A DNA stretch of 32,000 nucleotides. Origin: Trichodesmium erythraeum IMS101 (GTDB taxonomy: Bacteria > Cyanobacteriota > Cyanobacteriia > Cyanobacteriales > Microcoleaceae). The position numbers were made by a program, and so were the translations under genes. Shown here piece by piece: positions 27,044-32,000 of the stretch (position 1 is the first letter of the stretch; the number at the start of each line of letters is the position of its first letter). The notes below the pieces were generated by a model that was not told the DNA's origin, made no database searches, and saw only the letters and a list, made by a program, of their open reading frames with translations. The DNA lies in assembly GCF_000014265.1 (NCBI RefSeq), contig NC_008312.1, positions 2,610,001 to 2,642,000 of the forward strand. The letters run 5' to 3'.

Positions 27044-28096
27044 TTAATCTTCAGCCTCAGCTCTTCCTAAGTCTTGTAAAAGTTGTTGTACTAATTCGTC
27101 GTCAAAAAAACTTTTACCTTCGGTAGCAGGGATACGACCCTTTGTCACCATAAAAATTGCATTCAATAACTGGTCAGTTGCCAGAGTTTTCTCATCCTGG
27201 AGGTCAATAAAATTTTTAATTAGTGTTTGAATTTTTTCTTGTTCAGCAGTATTTTGATTAAAATGAGCAATAACTATTTTGGTCAATTCTTCTTGAGTTG
27301 GAGATTTCATCCTTAAAGGCAAACACCGCCGTAAAAAAGGTGCCGGAAAATCTCTTTCTCCGTTACTAGTCATCACCACCAGAGGAAAAGCGGTGCAAGT
27401 TATCCGCCCATTCTCAATTTCCGCCTCCATCTGAGAACCTGTCTCGGCTTCAGTTTCATCACTGTAAGCAGTACGAACCGTTACCTTGTTTACCTCTTTT
27501 TTTATTCTGACCAACTCTGGAATTTCAAACAACCCCTCTTCGAGAATAGCCAGAAGGTTATTAGGTAAGTCAATATCGCTTTTATCAATTTCATCTATCA
27601 GAAGAACCCGGGGATATTTTGAAGGCAACAAAGCAGTTCCCAAAGGACCGAGAGTTATGTATTTTTCAATTTGTTGTATCTGTTCTCGATATTGTTCTGA
27701 GGAAAAAGTCTGATTATTTAGTCTTTCCTGTTGTTTAACCTCCTGCAACCGACCAATAGCATCATAACTATATAGTCCCTCTTTCAAAATAGTGCGGGTA
27801 GTAACTGGCCAGTAAAGCACTTCTCCCAGTTTTAGTTGTCTAGCCACAGCATAAGCGAGGGAAGACTTACCCGTTCCTGGTTTACCAGTGACAAGTAGAG
27901 GTCGCCTCAAATATAATGCAGCGTTAACCATTTTGACTTCATCAGAACGTGCCTGAAAAGTTTCACCACGTCGCTTCAAGCGACTTTCCCCAGGTCTGTT
28001 TTCTTGACCAAAAGGTCGCCAACTAGGAGGAGGTGGCAAATTTTGAATACCATCATGAGGTTCTGTGTTTTCCTTAAAAATTTCCCAGTTATTCAT
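27044..28096 (-). CDS. MoxR-like AAA+ ATPase
   Basis: Walker A is LLVTGKPGTGKSSLAYAVA and Walker B is RVLLIDEIDKSD, followed by LPNNLLAILEEG. The start overlaps the upstream stop (ATGA at 28093-28096). Confidence 0.88.
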   Translation of the reverse strand: MNNWEIFKENTEPHDGIQNLPPPPSWRPFGQENRPGESRLKRRGETFQARSDEVKMVNAALYLRRPLLVTGKPGTGKSSLAYAVARQLKLGEVLYWPVTTRTILKEGLYSYDAIGRLQEVKQQERLNNQTFSSEQYREQIQQIEKYITLGPLGTALLPSKYPRVLLIDEIDKSDIDLPNNLLAILEEGLFEIPELVRIKKEVNKVTVRTAYSDETEAETGSQMEAEIENGRITCTAFPLVVMTSNGERDFPAPFLRRCLPLRMKSPTQEELTKIVIAHFNQNTAEQEKIQTLIKNFIDLQDEKTLATDQLLNAIFMVTKGRIPATEGKSFFDDELVQQLLQDLGRAEAED

Positions 28097-30024
28097 GACT
28101 CCAACATCCTCAGTTCATTAACAGGTGGAACAATATCAGGATCCTCCCAAAGTAATGATAAGTGATTACCAATATGTCTGTCAATATCTTGTTCCCAAGC
28201 TTCAGAACGTTTTGCTTTTATAGCTTTAGGTAAATTTGACAAAGAGTTACAAGCGTTACAGATATTTTGCAGTTCCTCAGCACAGTCAATATTTTCTGCT
28301 TCTGGCCTCATCCATAGCGCCACAGGAATTCCAGCATAGTAAAAAGCTTCCATAACTGATTCTCGTTTCTCTGGTTGCAGCACTTCTGTTAATCTTACTG
28401 CCGCCACATCGTCAGCAAAAATTTGTCGAAAAAACTTCTTCCTATTACCACTAGTAGCCGAAGGATGAAAAATATCAATTACTCTTGCACTTTGTCTGCT
28501 AGTTAGCGATCGCCACTTTTGGTTAAATTTATTTAATTCAGCATTAGAATTTCCAGACAGCCTAAGGCGTTCTGAAAACCTGAGAGTGATTTCACACTGT
28601 TCTCCCAATAAAGTTTGAAAATACTCAGGTATATTCGGATCACTTATATATTGATCTACCGGCTTAATATCCCGGTCAATTAATTTATAAGGCAAAAATA
28701 TTGCAATTTTCTCTAGATTAAAATCATAACGTTCCGAAACATCAGCCCAAAAGAACTGTAATAATTCAGTCAAATTTTTAGCTTGGTTAAACTCCGAAGT
28801 ATTTTTATTACTAACTATAGTTCCTTTTGCATTCATAAGAACATTTTCTTCATCAATAAAAGAATGGAAACCTTGAGGATTTTCCGGAGTATAATTTTGA
28901 GGATTTTCAATTAGCCATGCCTTCAAAATAAAACCCTTACTCTTTTCAATAGCAGCTACTAATAGATAAGGTTCTGGTTGTTTAATCTGAAAATTTTCCT
29001 GATTTTTCAGAGCTTTCTCTTTTCTTAAAACAGCCTTCAAATCTTCAATATTTTGCGAATATTTTTCCAACCATTCTGTTAATTTCTGGCAAAGCTCAGA
29101 AGGTTTTTTTAAATCCTCAAGATGCAGTAATAAAAAACAGATAAATCTCTCCAGCAAAGAATAATTTTCCTTTGTCCGGTCATCCAAATTTTGAATCATC
29201 TCATTCAAAGATCCAGGGTACTCATCTAGAGATTTCCCAGAACTTAAAGGAATAGAAATTTCTGGCAAAGATAGGTTGTAAGCATAGCGTATTTCTGTGG
29301 TATAATCTTCAAAATAATTTTCCAAAATAGCGATCGCTCCTTGTATCCTACCATCAACGCGACAAACCGTGGCCAAATCCCCAACTTGAAGTATTAGGTC
29401 CGTGGGAATCATAAAAGCCACTTTAGCCTCAGGGCGTTCCTGGTCTGCTTTTACCGCCATACCCACAACACCCTGAAGATTTTTGTCCCAGATAGCAGTA
29501 CCACTAAACCCTGACTCCAAGCGAAGCCCTGTCTGTTTAGTACCCTCAAGTTGGATAAGACCTCGGCCTATTGGTCCCATCAATTTTCCAGTAGCCCACT
29601 CCCCATCGCTCCCTTTTTTTGGGAAACCTAATGCTTCAAACTCATTTTCCTTAAGAGATTGATTTCCTATTTGAATTAAATTAATTGGTTTAGCATCTTC
29701 GGGAAGTAGATCAGAATTTATTAGTTTTAATACTGCAATATCTTGTATATTTTCCTGATCATTTAGAGGTCGCCAAAAAGTCACTTTTGTCTCAAGTTTT
29801 TCACCTATCTTACCTTTCTCAAAAATAGGAAAATTAACCTCAATAATTTCATCAGGAATTTCTTTCTGCCTCATAATTATATGTGCAGTTTTTTTAGGAG
29901 TATCTAAACAATAAGCCACTACATGAGCACAAGTTAAAATATACTCATTAGAAACCAAAAAACCAGAGCCAGCGACACCACCTCCAGATTTAAATATCCT
30001 AACAATAGATAATTCTAAAACCAT
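28093..30024 (-). CDS. Trypsin-like serine protease fused to a VMAP-type (vWA-MoxR-associated) middle and C-terminal region
   Basis: The catalytic triad context is ILTCAHVV (His), DIAVLKL (Asp) and GFSGTAIW (Ser). The C-terminal region (IPVALWMRPE ... HLSLLWEDPDIVPP) matches my recollection of the VMAP-C domain. The domain name is unverified. Confidence 0.8.
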   Translation of the reverse strand: MVLELSIVRIFKSGGGVAGSGFLVSNEYILTCAHVVAYCLDTPKKTAHIIMRQKEIPDEIIEVNFPIFEKGKIGEKLETKVTFWRPLNDQENIQDIAVLKLINSDLLPEDAKPINLIQIGNQSLKENEFEALGFPKKGSDGEWATGKLMGPIGRGLIQLEGTKQTGLRLESGFSGTAIWDKNLQGVVGMAVKADQERPEAKVAFMIPTDLILQVGDLATVCRVDGRIQGAIAILENYFEDYTTEIRYAYNLSLPEISIPLSSGKSLDEYPGSLNEMIQNLDDRTKENYSLLERFICFLLLHLEDLKKPSELCQKLTEWLEKYSQNIEDLKAVLRKEKALKNQENFQIKQPEPYLLVAAIEKSKGFILKAWLIENPQNYTPENPQGFHSFIDEENVLMNAKGTIVSNKNTSEFNQAKNLTELLQFFWADVSERYDFNLEKIAIFLPYKLIDRDIKPVDQYISDPNIPEYFQTLLGEQCEITLRFSERLRLSGNSNAELNKFNQKWRSLTSRQSARVIDIFHPSATSGNRKKFFRQIFADDVAAVRLTEVLQPEKRESVMEAFYYAGIPVALWMRPEAENIDCAEELQNICNACNSLSNLPKAIKAKRSEAWEQDIDRHIGNHLSLLWEDPDIVPPVNELRMLES

Positions 30025-30086
30025 TAAACCTTATCCACTTCCAACTTTTTAAACTCTATAGTTATCCATAGCCAACTTTGCCGTTA

Positions 30087-30437
30087 CTAACCCTCCGTCT
30101 TATTCCATTTCAGAGTAATTTCATAGTTAACCTCCGCGCTACCTGATGCAATAACAGCTCCCAGTTCACCACTCATTTTTATCCCAAACTTCACCTCTAC
30201 AGCATCAGCCGGTTGATTTAAGTCCTGAACCTTTTTGATAATTGCGTTGGCCACCGGCTTAATACTAGAAAGTGCCTTTCCCAGTGTTTGTTTAGCCTGT
30301 TGAGCGACCTCATCCCCAATGCCAATTAACTCCTCATCTTCATCTTCATTGCTACTGACTGGTAGCTTTTCATCCACTTCCACATAGACAAAAGACTCAT
30401 CATCATCATCTAACTGAAACTTAACTAATTTTGTCAC
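30087..30437 (-). CDS. Small Trypco2-like (trypsin co-occurring) protein
   Basis: The sequence reads VTKLVKFQLDDDDESFVYVEVDE...AVEVKFGIKMSGELGAVIASGSAEVNYEITLKW, which fits the family pattern. A GTG at 30437 is preceded by GGAGG (30444-30448) with a 6-nt spacer, so I prefer it over the ATG at 30503 in the ORF track. Confidence 0.7.
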   Translation of the reverse strand: MTKLVKFQLDDDDESFVYVEVDEKLPVSSNEDEDEELIGIGDEVAQQAKQTLGKALSSIKPVANAIIKKVQDLNQPADAVEVKFGIKMSGELGAVIASGSAEVNYEITLKWNKTEG

Positions 30438-30796
30438 TTGTATCCTCCCGTCAGTCAATTTTTTTATATTTCCATATATTCTATAACAACTCGGCAGCCA
30501 CATTGAGATGTCATTTCATTTATTCTTATGTTGGTGTTAAAACTGCCCGTAAAGATAAGAGTAAAAACTAAAAAATATCCTGCCATCCCATTCAAAACAA
30601 ATGGAAAAATTACTGCTATATTCGTAGCTTAATTAACTAGGATATTATAAATATTATCAACCATCAACTAGAAAGAAAAATTAGCCTCAACTGTTTACCC
30701 CTCCCCCATTCCTCCATTCCCCTACTTCCCATCCTGAGAGAGACTAGGGGAACAGAACCTAATCAAAGTGCCAAATTGAAAATTTTTCGAGCTAAA

Positions 30797-30877
30797 TAGT
30801 ATACATCCTTAATATATTAGGGATAGTATACATCCTTAATATATTAGCGATAGTATACATCCTTAATATATTAGCGA
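30797..30877. repeat. 27-bp direct repeat in 3 copies
   Basis: TAGTATACATCCTTAATATATTAG(G/C)GA starts at 30797, 30824 and 30851. The last copy overlaps the stop of ORF 30871..31221. Confidence 0.9.
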
Positions 30878-31221
30878 TCGCATATCATCAAAATTCCAGC
30901 CTCAGAACCTTGAGGAGAAATGAACCTATTACCTTCTAACGTTGTTTCAGCAATAATCTCACCAAGACCAGTTTGTCTTCTAATTAATTGAGAAGCAAAC
31001 CTGCCAATATTACAATCAATTTCCACCACCATATAGACCTGTTTCATTCCATCATCTGCCTCCTGATCGTATTGCTTTAATACTTCTGCCCTCCACAAAT
31101 TGTTGCCCAGGCCTTCAATAGTGTTCATATTTATTAACGTTGTTGCCTTAGTATTATAACCTACAGGCTCCCAATCTAAAATCCCTTGTGTAATAATAAC
31201 ACTAGCCAAAAATTCAAACAT
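30871..31221 (-). CDS. Hypothetical protein (116 aa)
   Basis: This is an uninterrupted ORF with no family motif that I recognise. Confidence 0.45.
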   Translation of the reverse strand: MFEFLASVIITQGILDWEPVGYNTKATTLINMNTIEGLGNNLWRAEVLKQYDQEADDGMKQVYMVVEIDCNIGRFASQLIRRQTGLGEIIAETTLEGNRFISPQGSEAGILMICDR

Positions 31222-31514
31222 AAACTTTGCCTTAAATAACTAATTAAACAGACTTCCTTGAAGAACTGTTGTTAGCTTAACTCACTTTGAACTATTAGTT
31301 AAGAAGTGAATTTATCTTTTTCTCTCCCTTAACCGCTGTTATTAAGTATAAGCCCTTAAATACAAGCTGATATTTAATTATTAATGGCAAATATTTAGCT
31401 AGTATAAATAGGTGATAGGTGTAATATTAGACATAATCAATTTTCAGTAATATCAACTATATCATTAACTCCTATGACCACTATAATTTTCTTCTTACTG
31501 TTTGACTTATAATT

Positions 31515-32000
31515 TTACTGAACCCCTTGCCACAACCCTTTAATTTCTCCCAAAACAGATGGTTGTGGTGCAGCCACAGTATAAACTTGCAGATTAACCT
31601 GAGCGCCAGGAATATTCTGATTCCAAGAAATATTTGCAACTGAGAGCAAATCAATATTGCACAAATACTTTTTGTTTTTCTGGTTGAGTTAAGAAATCTA
31701 CAAACTTATCAGCAGCAGTAGCAGTCGCTTTATTTATATCCCCTTGTACGTTCGCAGCTGTTGTTAAAGTTTCTACAGTCGGGTTGAGATCATAAACTTG
31801 ATAAGGTTTATTCTGAGAAGCTCCCGACAGTTGCCAACCTTAAAGAGCTATACCTTCATAAACTGTTGCTACATCTGCATCATTAGGACCAGGAGCAATA
31901 AACTCTTGAACAACATATAAGTGGAACGGAGTCGCAAATAAACTGACCATTTGACCTTACTGAATAATGATTCAACGGCAGGTGTATTCAAAAAAAAATC
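31515..32000 (-). pseudogene. Decayed periplasmic solute-binding-protein-like gene, partial at the window edge
   Basis: Hand translation gives GQMVSLFATPFHLYVVQEFIAPGPNDADVATVYEGIAL*GWQLSGASQNKPYQVYDLNPTVETLTTAANVQGDINKATATAADKFVDFLTQPEKQKVFVQY*. After a frame shift it continues NIDLLSVANISWNQNIPGAQVNLQVYTVAAPQPSVLGEIKGLWQGVQ*. The family assignment is tentative. Confidence 0.4.

Overview
This is a low-GC window from a cyanobacterial chromosome. The HIP1 octamer GCGATCGC occurs a dozen or more times (for example at 6590, 10691, 13438, 23696). The window also carries GUN4-kinase genes, a Uma2/DUF820 remnant and heptamer repeats. The composition and repeat style suggest a repeat-rich filamentous marine form such as Trichodesmium, but that is inference only. 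All domain calls come from motif recognition by eye; no searches were run.

Layout:
(1) 1-4906: a large minus-strand STAND gene (alpha/beta-hydrolase, NB-ARC, TPR) that is dead. It carries two in-frame TAG codons, a frameshift in a G8 run, and an IS insertion (69-1093) inside a near-perfect 126-bp TPR repeat array.
(2) 5068-6500: a non-coding 253-bp tandem array.
(3) 6548-6941: a DUF192 pseudogene.
(4) 7044-10149: two tandem Ser/Thr-kinase-GUN4 paralogues with degenerate motifs.
(5) 11232-15889: a B12-binding radical SAM gene, recF and an orphan ORF.
(6) 16200-21480: a repeat desert containing an Uma2 pseudogene and a 4.4-kb hierarchical heptamer array of about 97 modules with no ORFs.
(7) 21518-30503: the most interesting region. 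It holds a complete diversity-generating retroelement (DGR) with Avd, RT, one template repeat and two variable repeats. Every TR/VR mismatch falls on a TR adenine. The main DGR target is the C-terminal FGE-sulfatase (C-type-lectin-fold) domain of the vWA subunit of a four-gene operon: Trypco2-like protein, trypsin-like protease with a VMAP-type C-terminus, MoxR AAA+ ATPase, and the vWA-FGE sensor. This looks like an NTP-dependent conflict or immune-type module with a programmable hypervariable sensor. The DGR RT carries a single in-frame TAA.
(8) 30797-32000: a 27-bp triple repeat, an orphan ORF and a decayed solute-binding-protein gene.
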